Shown piece by piece: positions 39,171 to 52,438 of a stretch of 64,000 nucleotides of DNA (the stretch's first letter is position 1; every line of letters starts with the position of its first letter). Made by a program: the position numbers and the translations under genes. The notes under the pieces were generated by a model, which ran no database searches, had not been told where the DNA came from, and worked only from the letters and a program-made list of their open reading frames with translations. The DNA is from Ostrea edulis. Lineage: Eukaryota. The stretch lies in NCBI RefSeq assembly GCF_947568905.1, contig NC_079168.1, positions 71,858,001 to 71,922,000 of the forward strand, in the 5' to 3' direction.

Positions 39171-41645
39171 TCCCGATGATACTCAGGAACTTTCTGCTTG
39201 TTGATTTTACATTTTACAATTTTGTAATGTCATACTTAGTACTTTACAAGCCAAACAGTGTTAATTTGGAACACATATTTTACTTTTTCTGTTTTCTTAA
39301 AACAAGCCACGACAAGGAATGAACCTATGTGAAGATATCAACAATTCTATTCAATTTCTACATGTGTAATAATGTATGTATATCATGTGTATAACATTCC
39401 ATTTATATACATAGCGTTATAAACAACTTGCATTTGATATTAAAGAAATCTTTTTGCCCGTGAACAAACCTGAGCGTCAGGAAGTTTGTTATGTGTCAGA
39501 ATTAAAAAAAAAAAATATGCCAAGCACTAAAAAAACACACAGGGAAGTTCTATAAACTATAGAATATTGAAAGCATGCAAATTTCGTACTAGGACACCTC
39601 AGATTGTCATACTGCAAGGGGGAAACAATGACAGATGGACACGTGATACTTCCTCCGCGAACAACATATTTTGTGGCGGTATATCCCACTGACGTTTTCT
39701 GAATATTTTTAGAAAAATTATTGAATTACATGAGTACGATTATCATGAATTAGTAAGATATTACCTGTACTGTAAAGCTGATGCTGTGATTTAAATATTT
39801 TGTTTGCCATCAGAGTATCATTTTTGTTAATGGTTAATGTTGTTGTCACAGGGTTCGCAACCTTCATGAATAATTAATATAGAAATGAAAAATTAAAGTA
39901 TCAGAAGATGAAATATGAGTCAAGTTTTAGTCTTTGTTGTTTTACGTTTAGAAGAATAAAAAAAATCAGATAATCAGAAAATTCGGGCAGGAAAAATATA
40001 CGTTTTGGCTAAAAAAAAACAGTCATCCTTGAAGATGAGTATTTTTAGCCCATTATTTATTTAATTATCATATAAAGCCTCAACACAGATTGACGAGACA
40101 ACAAAACTTCTTAAATATTCATCAGGAATCATATTTGCTTTCGGAACCAAACATTAAATATATGGTATGGAAACAGAAAGTTTCTTTTCATATGACCTTT
40201 AAAAAGTTGTTTGTATCATTTCAAAACGAAACCTAGTGCAATGCGTCTCAGTCAATGTTTTGGTACAAATGAAATAAAGAGGCCTTTCTCCTATAAATAG
40301 CCTTTGAAGTATTTTGTGTCAAGATCGATGAAACGATAGAGTTCATAAATGTTTAAAAAGTACAAATACGAACACACAGTGACCCCAAACTGTGTACCCG
40401 GCTCAAAGAAAAATCGTGTCAAGAATACCCTCAGAGACCTCCAGCGAAAGATCAAAATACAAACGGGAACAAAATCTAAGAATACACGATGATGTGCAAT
40501 ACTGAGACTCGCCCACCCAGGGGTTAAACGAACTGGTGGCGAGGCTGTAACGTACACGTGAAATTATTTATGTTCCATTTTAGCACACAAACACGCGCGC
40601 GCGAATACTGACCCCCTATATAATTTTCATCATTAACAGAAAATTCCTTCTTGTACACGTGTACATTGTACCTTTAATCGCAAAATGATTGGTAGACGTC
40701 AGATCGCGTGAATATGAATTCGCGAGAGGACTGTTAATAAAGAGTGTTTACATGCATTTCAACTTATAAAAATAAATGCGAATAATTTTATTTCACAGGC
40801 GGTGCTTCTCTCTAAATTACGTGATAATAAATTCGTATAGTTAGGAATCTACCAGTACTTAATAAATGACAACTTCCATCATTCGTGGCGGTTGTTGTTG
40901 TTGTTTTTTTTTTTTTTTTTGCATTCACCCGCTGTATCCAAAAAAAGAAAAAAGAAAAGAAAAGAAAGTAAGACAGCTTTGGCTCCTTGATGTGTAAACT
41001 AGAGAATATCAAATATATCATATGATTTAAACTAATGTTTGGTCAAAATGAGAATTATATATTAGCATGTGATTGATATTTAGTGATATTTCTAGTTGTG
41101 TAATGTGCAGCAAGATACCTTGTCCCTAGATTTAATTAATACAACATTTATTTGTACCGGGAAAATAGAAAATAGTGGGGAAATTCATGGCCAAATTTGC
41201 ATAATCATTTAAACAGTTTTCACACGATTAGGAGATGTCACAATTCGCTTTACTTAGGTTAAGTTCTGTTAAGTTTCATACAAAAATGTAGAAGCCACCG
41301 CCTGAATATGTTAACACAAATAGCGAGAGACAATATAGCATTTTCTGAGCGTATTTATATCATCCTTAAGAAGATATACTGCACGTTGTGGATTTGAATG
41401 TCCGTCTCTCTGTCTTGGCACGGAATATTGTTGTATTCAGCTCAGGGATACTATGTTTAGCGTTATTTTATCTTGTACAGTATTATTGTAGTATTATCAT
41501 GTTAGAAATAATTATGTTTGTAGCATTTGTGATAAATTTTGCATTTTGAAAGAGAAGAGGACAATAATTTGGAAGTCCTAAAAACTAAGAACCAATTGTT
41601 TTGCATATGTATCATGCAATAAAATATGTTCAAAAGAAACAGACA

Positions 41646-41972
41646 AGTCGCGATAGCTCAGTGGTAGAACGTTTCGCTTCGTAACCGGAAGGTCATGAGT
41701 TCGAGTCCCGCTTATGTCTCAAAAGTAAGACGTTCACAAACATAAGTAGTGATTACTCCTTTGCCTTTAGAGAGAATCACGGGTCTTTCGGATATGATCA
41801 TAAAAACGAGAGTCCCGTGTCAAAGCAGGCATTGGCACGTTAAAGAACCCTCACTGCTACGGCCCTGAGCCATAAGCATATATATGTCTAAATCTGTGAT
41901 ACTTCACTTACAGCTGGTAACATCTCAATATTAGTGTGGAAAATCCTCGAAGGGGTGTAAACCGAACAAACT
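41646..41972 (+). mobile_element. SINE type B, about 620 nt upstream of paralogue 4
   Basis: TAGCTCAGTGG A box, GAGTTCGAGTCCC B box, Nin-like core and 3' body. Confidence 0.85.
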
Positions 41973-42495
41973 AAAATGTAAATGTATTGCAAATTGCAGA
42001 AATACACTTTAACCCGATACAAAATTCAAATGCATGTTTTTTTTTATTTCCTCTACGAGGTAAAAATGTGGTTAGATTATTTGTAAAGGAAATTCCTCAC
42101 ATTTTCTCGGCATCACACGCAGTGCACAGCCTCCACCGATAGAGTACGTGGGGTATGTATCGAGGTAGTAAATATTATTGATGTATGTGGTCGGTAAAAA
42201 TTTGAACGTACTTGACACATTTTTTATCCTTTGTAGATTGTAAAGGAATAATAAAGACCTTTTAATAATTTCACCACGTATTATTCCACTGATTCAATGA
42301 TATCAAAACTTGATACAATAATATTGCGTTTTGTTTTATAAAAGCTTAGTATGCGGTTTGCAAAAGAACCTGATTGCTCTTTTAATCCATCGATGGCCTT
42401 TTGTAGAGGTATCAAATGACTGAAATTGAGTTAAAACGTTTTACATGTCAGTTAAATACACTTCATGGTCCATAGACCAGGAAATGTTAAGAGCT

Positions 42496-42524
42496 CTACG
42501 TCACAGTAGAAGTTAATATAAATA
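42496..42524 (+). promoter_or_regulatory. Putative core promoter of paralogue 4: CRE/ATF-like CTACGTCACAG plus TATA box
   Basis: CTACGTCACAG at 42496-42506 and TATAAATA at 42517-42524, 66 nt before the ATG. The same 11-mer precedes the TATA of paralogue 5. Confidence 0.6.
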
Positions 42525-42590
42525 AGACTGCCGTCTCATACCTTTATCATTCCTTCCGACACAAGCAAATTTGTTCCATTTCCATTCAAT

Positions 42591-43256
42591 ATGGTTGTTG
42601 CAATGCTGAAATCTGTGCAGTGTACAGTAATCGGGGACGGTTTTGTTGGAAAGTCCTGCCTGGTGCAGAAAATCGCGGATGGTCAGTTTCATGAGGAATA
42701 TATCGCCACTCTTAAGGACGACTACAATACCAATATATTGATCAATGGTGACCACTATGACCTCAGTATAACTGATATCGCTGGAGAGGTAAGGAACGAA
42801 CAGACCATACTTGTAGTTTGTAGTCATAGTTAAATTAAACTTCGTAAAACTTTGAAAAGCAGACTTTGCATTACAATATACATTTCCTCTTTGCAGCACG
42901 AAGATTTATCTTCTGTAGAAATCCCGGACGTCTACATCGTCTGCTTCAGCTTAGCGGACAAAAATTCCATGGACAGTGTAGAAGACTTCTGGGTCCCAAA
43001 AGTTAGAGCTCTTAGAAGGGACGTTCCAATTGTTCTTGTTGGGACCCAGACGGATGTGAGAAAATCTTTACATAATGGACATATCACAACCGAAAAAGGG
43101 CAAAGGTTAGCAAAAAGACTTGGAGTGGATTACTACGTAGAGTGTTCAGCGAAAGAGAACTCTGGGATTCAAGAAACGTTTCTAAAAGCTGTACAGGCTA
43201 AAGTAAGAAATGACAAGAGGAAATTAAACATTATCAAGAGAATTCTTGACAGATGA
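42591..43256 (+). CDS. Atypical Rho-family GTPase paralogue 4, 185 aa; exons 42591-42788 and 42897-43256
   Basis: G1 GDGFVGKS, switch [11 protein letters not shown]3 DIAGE, G4 GTQTD, G5 ECSAK. The 108-nt intron runs GTAAGG...TTGCAG. Ends [13 protein letters not shown]-stop. Confidence 0.93.
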
Positions 43257-43675
43257 TCATTAGATCCTCTTCATATTCTGACAAAGTGATCCTTGCGTCA
43301 CTTCTGAGAATAACTGTTTGAGTTCAAATGCCGATGTCTCCTGCAATACGAGAAAGACATTAACGGCCAATTCCTTGTATTCAATTACTGTTACAAAGGA
43401 GCAATTCTGTTAAAAGAAATGCACGTTTTGGTGGCTTTCGAAAAAACATTGCTAACTCGACAAGTGCCAGTGAACGCCTTTCATTTATCAGCATCAGATT
43501 GGATGTTGCAGAGACTCCAACGAAAGCACAAAATCAGACTGATTGCTTGATATGAATTTACAGAAATTCGAATGTTGAAATATAAACTTTTTCTCATAAA
43601 TAAATGGGAAGAATATATTTTCTTGTCTTGATTTGTCTTAGCTTTTTTAGCACGGATATATATGGACACTAGTAA

Positions 43676-43984
43676 ATGTTTACATTTCCAATGTTTTTGC
43701 CTTTGATGTCTTTATGAATTGTAATGATAGTAATTTCCTCATGAATGCGTTGCAGTTGTGAACAATGCGCGTTTGAATCTAGAAAAATATAGTATCTTTA
43801 TTTGAACGGCAATGATTCCGACAGAAATGAAAGTAAAATACAAATATAAAACATAAGTTTCAGTTTTGAAAATACATATGGAATGCAACGATTCATACCG
43901 GCATATTGTTTATGAAGCGCTAACATGCTGCATCATGAGTTCATGAAGTATGTCGGCGTGAAGTGTCGCAGTTCATAACTTCAT
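43676..43984 (+). repeat. Dispersed repeat of about 320 bp, copy 2
   Basis: Collinear with copy 1; cut at its 3' end by a type A SINE. Confidence 0.75.
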
Positions 43985-44245
43985 GGATCCGGGTTAGAAT
44001 AGGTCCTCAGAACCCTTTGCTTGTCTTAAGAGGCGACTAAATGGGGCAGTTCTTCGGATGAGACCGTAAAAACCGAGGCCCCTTGTCACAGCAGATGTGA
44101 CACGTTAAAGATCCCTCCCTGCTCAAATGCCGTGAGCGCCGAGCATAGGCCTAAATTTTTGCAGCCCTTCATCGGCAATGGTGACGTTTCTATATGAGTG
44201 AAAAATTCTCGATCGGGACGTTAAACAATATTCAACCAACCAACC
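43985..44245 (+). mobile_element. Nin/Deu-domain SINE, type A
   Basis: GGATCCGGGTTAGAATAGG head through an (AACC)n tail. Confidence 0.85.
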
Positions 44246-45660
44246 ACAACATCATATTTTTCCAAAAACAAAATTTATTTCTTAAGTATACTTATAATTA
44301 TGTACTTATTCTTCAGAGTAGCATAAAGCACGGGAGCTAACGAATGTCAATAATGTTCAATCCTTCGTATCAGAAATTTTCACGTCACAATTCTTAAAGA
44401 TGCCTACAATGAAATATATACGAGTATTATGATTAGTTGAATGAATTATGTGCATTTCTGGATTAAAACTCAACTATTAGATGCAAAAGCATCATTGTAA
44501 ATAAATCATTTTAGTTCAAAAACCCACTAGTGTATACATGTACCTAATACTAATAAATATGGTAACATTATTCGAATCTATTAAGATTTCAATATCATTA
44601 ATCTTGCACAAAAGACAATGCATTGGTGAAATCATACCTTCATATAGGTTATATGTTATTTTCTAGTGGGATATGAAAATATAAAGGCAATTATCATTTG
44701 ATAGCTAATGTTACACCTTTCCTGATATATTGTTCATTGCACCATGACATGAAAATCTTTTTCGGAAGAAATTGCATAATTTCTTGATAACACGATTCTT
44801 ACTTGGGCTCTGAGTACAATATAGTACACACCAATTGAAATTATCAGGCTTGGCGTGACATAATTGAAATGTTGATTTTAATAGCGTACGTAAATTTAGA
44901 TATGCTATCACTTCATGAGCACCTATACAGCTAATATGCACACATGAAAACAAAAATTCTGCAATAATACAATCTTTAATTATTTCATCTAAGATGATCA
45001 TAATTGATATCCACAATTTTGCCCAATGAATGCAAGAAAAACAATTCTGGTAATTCTCAGCTTGTTTTTACTGTACATTACAAATGAAAAGATAAGAAAG
45101 AGCACCATTGTGTGAAATTGTCATTTATCAAAGGTAACAAATGACTAGAAACTAAAATTGCATATTACATAATCTTGCATAACAATTAATTGGCTGGGCT
45201 TAAATTAGAAAATTGATTAATAACTACAAATTGACTATTTACATGTAGAGTTTAAAACGGGTTGACAATAGTCACATGACAAAGTTGTCCTACTAATAAA
45301 GCATGTGCAAATAATGCCAACAAAACCCACTAAATATAGCAAAAAAGGAGATAGGCACACAAAAGGAGACATGTTTATTTTCAAAATTAGGCGTCAGATG
45401 TGGATTTTTCTAAAATTCTAATTGAAATTAGGATAGTATCTGTATATTTTCCATCTCAATATAAAAAGAGTCCATATGAACGTTTGAATTCTCTTTATGG
45501 TGTATTCTATCACTAAAAAATATTACACTTCAGTCGTTAAGAACATGTGAAAGGGTCAGGGACGAATGTGGCTTTCGTTGTTCATACTTGTTTTAAGACA
45601 TTTAGAAAACAACGGTGAAACGACAATTTATAAAATAATAAGAAGTGGACAATTCTTTCT

Positions 45661-46080
45661 AAGTAGCTCAGTGATAGAGCGTTGTAACCGGAAGATTGTG
45701 AGTTCAACTTCCACTCATGCCATGACCGCATCAAACCCCAGACGTTAACATAGGTAGCGATTGCTCCTTTGCCAAACGCTCGGCATTCAGAAGTGAGAAT
45801 CACAGGTCTTTCGGATATGACCTTAAAAACGGAGGCCCAGTGTTGCGGCAGGTAATGAGTAGTAGTTACCCCATACAATATTGTTGGTTATGTACATATA
45901 ACCCACACTTTTAACAAAAGAAAACATGCCAAACTATGGTACAACACGTGAAAGAGCACTCACTGTTTCGGCCTTGAGCGCTAAGCATAGGTCTAAATGT
46001 GTGGCATTTCACATAAAGCTGGTGAAGTTTCAATATGAGTGAACAATTCTCGATAGGAATTAAATCAAACAACCAACCCA
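45661..46080 (+). mobile_element. SINE type B with an internal insertion of about 95 nt
   Basis: Matches the 50024 copy; unrelated sequence at about 45853-45948 splits the core. Confidence 0.8.
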
Positions 46081-46411
46081 AGTGAAAAAACTTAGAAAAG
46101 TTTCATTTGAATTGTCACAAATTCGTCAGTTTGGTGATATCTTAGTTTCCAGGCTGAGCAATGGTGAAAACTTACCTTCTTCTTAAAAAAGTTAATTGTT
46201 TTTATTCCACAAGTTACAACACTTTACTGTGACATCGCGAAAATAAATTTCTTGTATGATGTCAATTATCTCAAATATTGAAGAAGTACAGGAGTTTAGT
46301 AGTTAGTAATGTTGCTCTATTTAAGAGATTACAACTGAGTTCAATGATCCCATCAATTAGAAACAGAATCTTATGTGATTCATGAACTTTTTCATTATTT
46401 AGTTCAATGGA

Positions 46412-47151
46412 TGAAAGGTGAAGATAACGAACAGTGACCAATCTCATAACTCCTATAAGCAATACAAAATAGAGAGTTGGGCAAACACGGACCTCTGGAT
46501 ACACATGAGGTCCCTAAGAGGAGTAAGCATCCCCTGTCGACCAGTCACACCCGTCGTGAGCCCTATATCTTGATCAGGTAAACGGAGTTATTCGTAGTCA
46601 AAATCAGTGTGCCACGAACAGTCTAACAATCGGTATGAAACATGTCAGACAGCATTTGACCCAATCATGGTTGTATTGGCAAACTAGATCGTTATAACAA
46701 CCATAGAATTTGTGAAATGCTGATTTTAACCGAGGTTGTCTGAACCCCTGCACCATCAACTTGTTTGTCAGTAGCCTGTTTTGATTTTAAAACTGGCCAT
46801 ACTCAGAACAAGCTCTTGCGTATCGAATCAGTTGAGAGATGTAAACTCCATATGCAGGTGATAATGGAATATTGCTACATAAATATGGGAAGTTGACGAT
46901 GGAGAAGTTGAAATCATCCCGTTTGTCATAAAGCTGAATTGTTAGTTTGCTGTTAATATCTACTCTCAATAAAATATCTAAGTATGAAGCAGAAGTGGAT
47001 GACTCCGTGGTGTCTTTTATTTCGATTTCTCTGGGATATATTGAATCGACATATGGATGAAAATTATTATTGTTAATAGATATTACATCGTCTATATATC
47101 TAAATGTCGAATTGAAGGCCATAGTAAGAATTTTTTCTTCTCACGTAGAAG
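46412..47151 (-). mobile_element. Penelope-like retroelement 3' fragment (RT at C-terminus, Naiad-type layout) with terminal repeat
   Basis: ORF 47122-46787 has FRYIDD and LYDKRDDFNFSIVNFP...YGVYISQLIRYARAC. The frame continues past a stop (LLTNKLMVQGF...) and then goes into the terminal repeat with no GIY-YIG after the RT. Confidence 0.85.
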
Positions 47152-48430
47152 TTATGTAAGAAACTTGATGGCATGAATGAATGAACATTATCTTGCTATA
47201 TTTAATATCAGTCCCATATTTCATAACCCAAAGCGCAGCATTCAGATTTTAATGGAACGAGGCACATCCAAACAGAAAGCAATGTCCTCCTAATGCTTTT
47301 TCTGCATAAGTACAACATTTTTCAATTTTTACTGTTACTTGAATTTCAGAAACAACATCCTCTCTTGGGTTGTGTCACATGTATCATTTCACACAATAAG
47401 GTTGCACGTTCGGTGGTCTTGACCTTGTGTCGGAGTACCCTTTTGTTTGTAGTAAAGAGGCACCTGCTAGGAGTCCTTGTTGTTGTGCGACGGAGACCCT
47501 TTGTTCTGCGTCTGTCCTCGGCTGGGCTTTCATGTATGATCTGTACTTTTAACTGTACAGATTACAATCTCAACAGAATCTTTTAACTCCTGTTTACTGT
47601 TTCAAATTACAACATGAGGGATTTTAAAAATTTCATTGAGAATAAACAATGCAACAGAGGCGACATTGTTTCTGTAACCGTGTCATACATTCCGCTGAGA
47701 TGTAACAGTGCAAACTCTGATAGTATTGGCGGGGACGTTTCCAGTCCTACAATGCTGGTACGGCAAAATTCATCGATAGGAAGATAAGTTCAAACTTGCT
47801 GTTGAGATGCCAGATTCTACGTGTTATTGTTGTTTATTCGTGTATCTTATACTAGTAAATATGTTTGTTTATCTCACAATTGATATCAGTAAATATATAT
47901 AAAGATGTCAAGGAAATAAAATAAAATCCTGATTCGGTAAATACATAGTTTGGTATCATGTAATAAGTCACGTAGGATAAATCTGACAGATTAAAAAGCT
48001 ATAAACATGCGCTATGCTTTTTCGCCATTCGACACCCTGTTTTAAAACGCTTTCTTAAAGTTATTTATAAAGTTATTTATTGCAAGTCAAATTTGGATTA
48101 GATAGTAAAATACCGTCATAAAAATTGTTATCGGTTTAGAAGGAAGAAAACAATCTGAGCGATTGTATATGTTAGATTTTTATTTATTTATTAATCTAAA
48201 GAAGAAATCAACATGCATTCGTCACACTTTTAATGAGACGCAGTCAAGAAATGGTTATGTTCTAATTACAAATTTCTCTCTTACATTTTTTTCTCATGTT
48301 CCTATAGAATTAAAAAAAACTAATTTACATTGGCAGTATAGTCATTTATTGGATTCTGTCTAAAACATTGTGCATAAATTGATTTTCAAGATCGTAAATG
48401 TAATTAGAGAAATTGCAGATATCAGAAGCA

Positions 48431-48660
48431 AGGTGAAGATAACGAACAGTGATCAATCTCATAACTCCTATAAGCAATACAAAATAGATAGTTGGGCAAA
48501 CACGGACCCCTGGATACACCAGAGGTGGGATCAGGTGCCTAGGAGGAGTAAGCACCCCCTGTTGACCGGTCACACCCGCCGTGAGCCCTATATCCTGATC
48601 AGGTAAACGAAGTTATCCGCAGTCATAATCAATGTGCAAAGAACGGCTTATGACCCAATG
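48431..48660 (-). mobile_element. Solo Penelope-like terminal fragment
   Basis: AAGGTGAAGATAACGAACAGTGATC...CACACCCGCCGTGAGCCC. Shorter relics of the same family lie at about 17250-17356, 32513-32540, 34672-34759, 54454-54609, 55204-55242, 57633-57722 and 60380-60495. Confidence 0.8.
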
Positions 48661-48855
48661 ATGAAATTCTTTGAAAAGATCATTTGGTAACACCTTTTCT
48701 CTGTCAGGTTACGATGTATTAGAAAAACTAAGGAATGATATGAAATTTTTCAAAGAACTGGGATATTATATATACATAGATTTTACTACAAAAATCTCAC
48801 AACCCAACAACTGCTTCTTGTAGTTGGTATTATCATACAAATTGTACGTTGGTTA

Positions 48856-48968
48856 CATTGATATGTATTATATATTTGGTTATATAAGGTATATAGTTTT
48901 AATCTGTATCATTGATATGTATTATATATTTGGTTATATGAGGTATGTAGTTCTATTCTGTATCATTG
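48856..48968. repeat. Tandem duplication, unit about 56 bp
   Basis: CATTGATATGTATTATATATTTGGTTATAT occurs twice. Confidence 0.8.
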
Positions 48969-49219
48969 GTTAAACTTTGTAATAAGCCGTGTCATGTTTA
49001 GTTAGTTATTTCTGTAATTCTGGCATTTTACCCCTGACTGGTCATGGTGACGGTGTAGCTGGAGATTTTAGATAGAGTTCATGTGTGATTTATACGTTTT
49101 TTAAATTTATATGTACCGGTATTGGAATGTACACAATGAAGAATTTGACATATTTTACGTAACGGTTTTTTGTCACATTTTTATTCAGCCTGTTCATCCC
49201 TTGAATTTACTAAGGGTCA

Positions 49220-50484
49220 ATGAAAAAATGAAGATAACAAACAGTGATCATCTCAAAGTGTATGATGAATGCAAAATTGGGAGTAGGGAAAACACGGAAC
49301 CATGAAAACACTAGAGGTGGAATTGGGTGTCAAGGAGGAGTAAGCATCCCCTGTTAATCGGTCACACCCACCGTGAACCCTCTATTTTGATCAGGTAAAC
49401 GAATTAATTCCTAGCCAAGAACGGCCATATAATTGGTATGAAGTACATCAGATAGCATTCGAGCTAATTGCAATTAGATTATTATAACGAACATAGAATT
49501 TGATAAATGCTGACTTTAAACGAGACTGTTGAAACCGCTGCACCATCAACTTGTTTGTCAGAAGCCTGCTTCGATTTATAATCTGATCACAGGAAGAACA
49601 TGCTCTAGCGTATCGAATCAGTTAAGAGAAATAAACACCATATGCAGGAATGTAATATTGCTACATGTACATAAATATGAGAAGTTGTAGATGAAGCCAC
49701 CCGTTTATTATTAAGTTGAGTTGTTAGTTTGCCGTTATCATCTATGTTCAATAATGTATCAAATTTGGAATATGAAGCAGATGTGGAAGAATATGTGTGT
49801 CTTTTATTTCAAGTTCACTGGGGTCTATCGACATATGAATGAAAGTTTATACGTGTATTGTTAATAGATAAAACGTCATCGGTATATCTTAATGTCGAGA
49901 TGAAGACCACATCATTTTCCCCCGTCTCACATGTATATATGTATGTAGACGCTTTTGAATAAATTCTTTATCATAAGAATACACAACAGGTAAGCTATCA
50001 AAGGAGCATACTTCCAACAGACTTACCAGTCGCGGCAGCTCAGTGGTAAAGCGTTCGCTTCGCGAATATGAGGTCGTGAGTTCGAGCCCCGCTCGTGGGA
50101 TAGCTGCGTCAAACCTCAGACGTTAACATAGGTACAATGTAGTAATTAGTTCTTCACCAAACGTTCGGCATTTAGAAGTGAGAATCACGAGTCTTTCGGA
50201 TCTAACCTTAAAAACGGAGGTCCCGTGTCGCGGCAGACGTTGGCACGGTAAAAAAAACCCTCAATGCTACGGCCGTAAGCGCTAAGCATATGTCTTAATC
50301 TACAGCTGGTGATGTCGTAATATGAGTGAAAAATTCTCGACGAGACGTAAAAACAACAACTAAACAGACAACAGACTGTTGGGAGACCGTATCTCCTTAG
50401 ATATTGTCAATGAGGAACCCCGGCATTTTTTTTAGATATCAACTTCGGAGAACTCTCGTAGAATCAGAGTGTTGTTTCACAAAG
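49220..50484 (-). mobile_element. Penelope-like RT fragment with terminal repeat, interrupted by a SINE
   Basis: DNA similarity to 46412-47151 and 28346-28836 along its length. Confidence 0.8.
50024..50368 (+). mobile_element. SINE type B nested in a Penelope-like RT fragment
   Basis: Intact A/B boxes; 9-bp TSD CAACAGACT at 50015-50023 and 50369-50377. Confidence 0.88.
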
Positions 50485-50504
50485 TAATTGTTCTGGATGA
50501 CTAG

Positions 50505-50862
50505 TCACAATATAACGGAACAGTGATCAATCTCATAACTCTTACAAGGTGAAGATAACGAACAGTGATCAATCTTATAACTCCTACAAGCAATACAAAA
50601 TAGATAGTTGGGCAAACACGGACCCCTGGACACACCAGAGGTGGGATCAGGTGCCTAGGAGGAGTAAGCATCCCCTGTTGACCGGTCACACTTGCCGTGA
50701 GTCCCATATCCTGATCAGGTAAACGGAGTTATCCGCAGTCAAAATCAGTGTGCCAAGAACGGCTTAACAATCGGTATGAAACACGTCAGACAGCAATTCA
50801 AATTAGAGAGTTGGGCAAACATGGAACCCTGAATACACCAGAGACGGGATCAGGTGCCTAAG
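50505..50862 (-). mobile_element. Partial tandem copies of the Penelope-like terminal repeat
   Basis: GAACAGTGATCAATCT and GAGTTGGGCAAACA...GATCAGGTGCCTA segments are each repeated in tandem. Confidence 0.75.
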
Positions 50863-51828
50863 ATATATTTTCAAAGTTTCCTTTTTATTGAAGAAGCAGA
50901 TGTCTACGATGTCAAAAGCCCAGTTTTTAATTGATCGTGGTGTAAAATGTTGAAAAGTAGTACGATTTGATGTTTTTGATTTTGGGAAATCTTTTTGATG
51001 TCAGATTTACTAGAAGGTCTTTGAATTTTTGAGAATCCACATTTCGGTTACATCACTTGTAACATATACGTCAGAGGTTTCACCTTCACAGCAGTTAATA
51101 ATTTTTGTGAGGAATAAAGATAGGGGCTCGGTAGAACATGTACGGCATCCTGCAATACATCTCTGTAGGATTATAGATACTAAAACTTTAAATGTTTTTA
51201 GGCATGTAATGTTTTAAACACAGTACTGGTATACCGACAAATTGAATAAAGCATGTTATGGAACTTTGTCTGCGCACTCATTTCGAGTATAGCGAAATAC
51301 GTGTACATATCAATCATTTAACCTCTCTTTTTCAAAGATATCCTTATAAATAAAGATTCAACAAGTTTCAACAACCACGATATAATCAAACCTGCTTGTT
51401 TTTGTAGTGACATTCTGTAGATTTTCTATAAAAAAAAAAGCACGTTGGAAAGTAAATCTAATACAATAATATGCCGTATTGTTTAGGTCAATAAGTTTCG
51501 TCCGGAGAAACGCTGCGTTTAAATTAGTCAAGGTGTACCAGTCCAATCAAGAGTGGTTGTCTATGTCTAACAGTGATCAGTCGATACAGTTATAAAGATG
51601 GGAGTCATTGGAGCTATTGTAAGTAGGTAGATTGTTTCCTAATAAAGGTAGTGTGAAGAGATATTGATAGAGCTAATGCTAACTGTTAAATAATCAGTTA
51701 ATACAACTAAACTAGTATGCAAGGAGGCTGCTGAGGTTGGGGTTTATTTGTGCAATATGTAGATCCTAACGGTACACATATTTTACCCTAGTTTTGAATA
51801 TGTAAATATATTTAGGTTCCATTTGATA

Positions 51829-52123
51829 AGTTTTCACTCATATAGAGCGCCTCACCAGCTGCATGCGGTGAGCCCAAAATTTTGATTCATGCATGGTGCT
51901 CAAAGCCGTAGCAGTGAGAGTTCCTGTTACAACAAGGTGCCTCAGTTTTCAAGGTCATATCCGAAAGACCCGAGACTTTTGCTTTTAATGTCGGGAGCTT
52001 GACAGAAGAACAGTCACTGGCTATATTGAATGTATTAGGCTTAATGGCGTCATGATATAGAATCGAACCAATGGACCTCTCGGTTGCTAAGCGGATACCT
52101 TAACCACTAGGCTACCGCGGCAG
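51829..52123 (-). mobile_element. SINE type B, diverged copy
   Basis: TAGCCTAGTGG and GGTTCGATT boxes; GGTCTTTCGGATATGACC core. Confidence 0.75.
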
Positions 52124-52143
52124 TAGTTTTAAATATAAAGCTG

Positions 52144-52438
52144 TGTAACAGGAAGGGAGAAAATGTAACGGACCAGACCGGGATCCGAACCCCCCTCTCC
52201 CCGAATCTCTAGTCAGGTGCTCTACCAACTGAGCTATCTGGCCAACGGCTGACCGCTACATTCCTCCTCCCTTAAGTGTCTTCACTCTTGAAGATATCAA
52301 CCCAGGATCTTTACCCCGCGGCAGGCATTTTCTCCTGTCAGTTCCAGGGGTTGGTCACAGCACCAAATGTAGCAGGAAGGGAGAAAATACAACGGAGCAG
52401 ACCGGGATTCGAACCCGGGCCCCCTGAATCTCCAGTGG
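52144..52438 (-). mobile_element. TRIM with tRNA-like sequence inside its LTRs (Helenus-type)
   Basis: Minus strand order: 5' LTR remnant 52438-52368 ending ACA, PBS-like TGGTGCTGTGAC, 107-nt internal region, PPT AAGGGAGGAGGAA, then the 3' LTR 52260-52144 (TGT...ACA) with TAGCTCAGTTGG and GGTTCGGATCCC boxes. Confidence 0.75.

Noticed and set aside
41646-41720. tRNA-like cloverleaf heads here and at about 50030, 45661, 37317, 52123 and 52240
   Set aside because: Each runs directly into a SINE body or sits in an LTR and has broken stems, so they are element-derived promoters, not tRNA genes.
47300-47560. Possible LINE reverse-transcriptase relic on the minus strand
   Set aside because: Only a loose KGxxT...FLxFK pattern with several stops, too weak to call.
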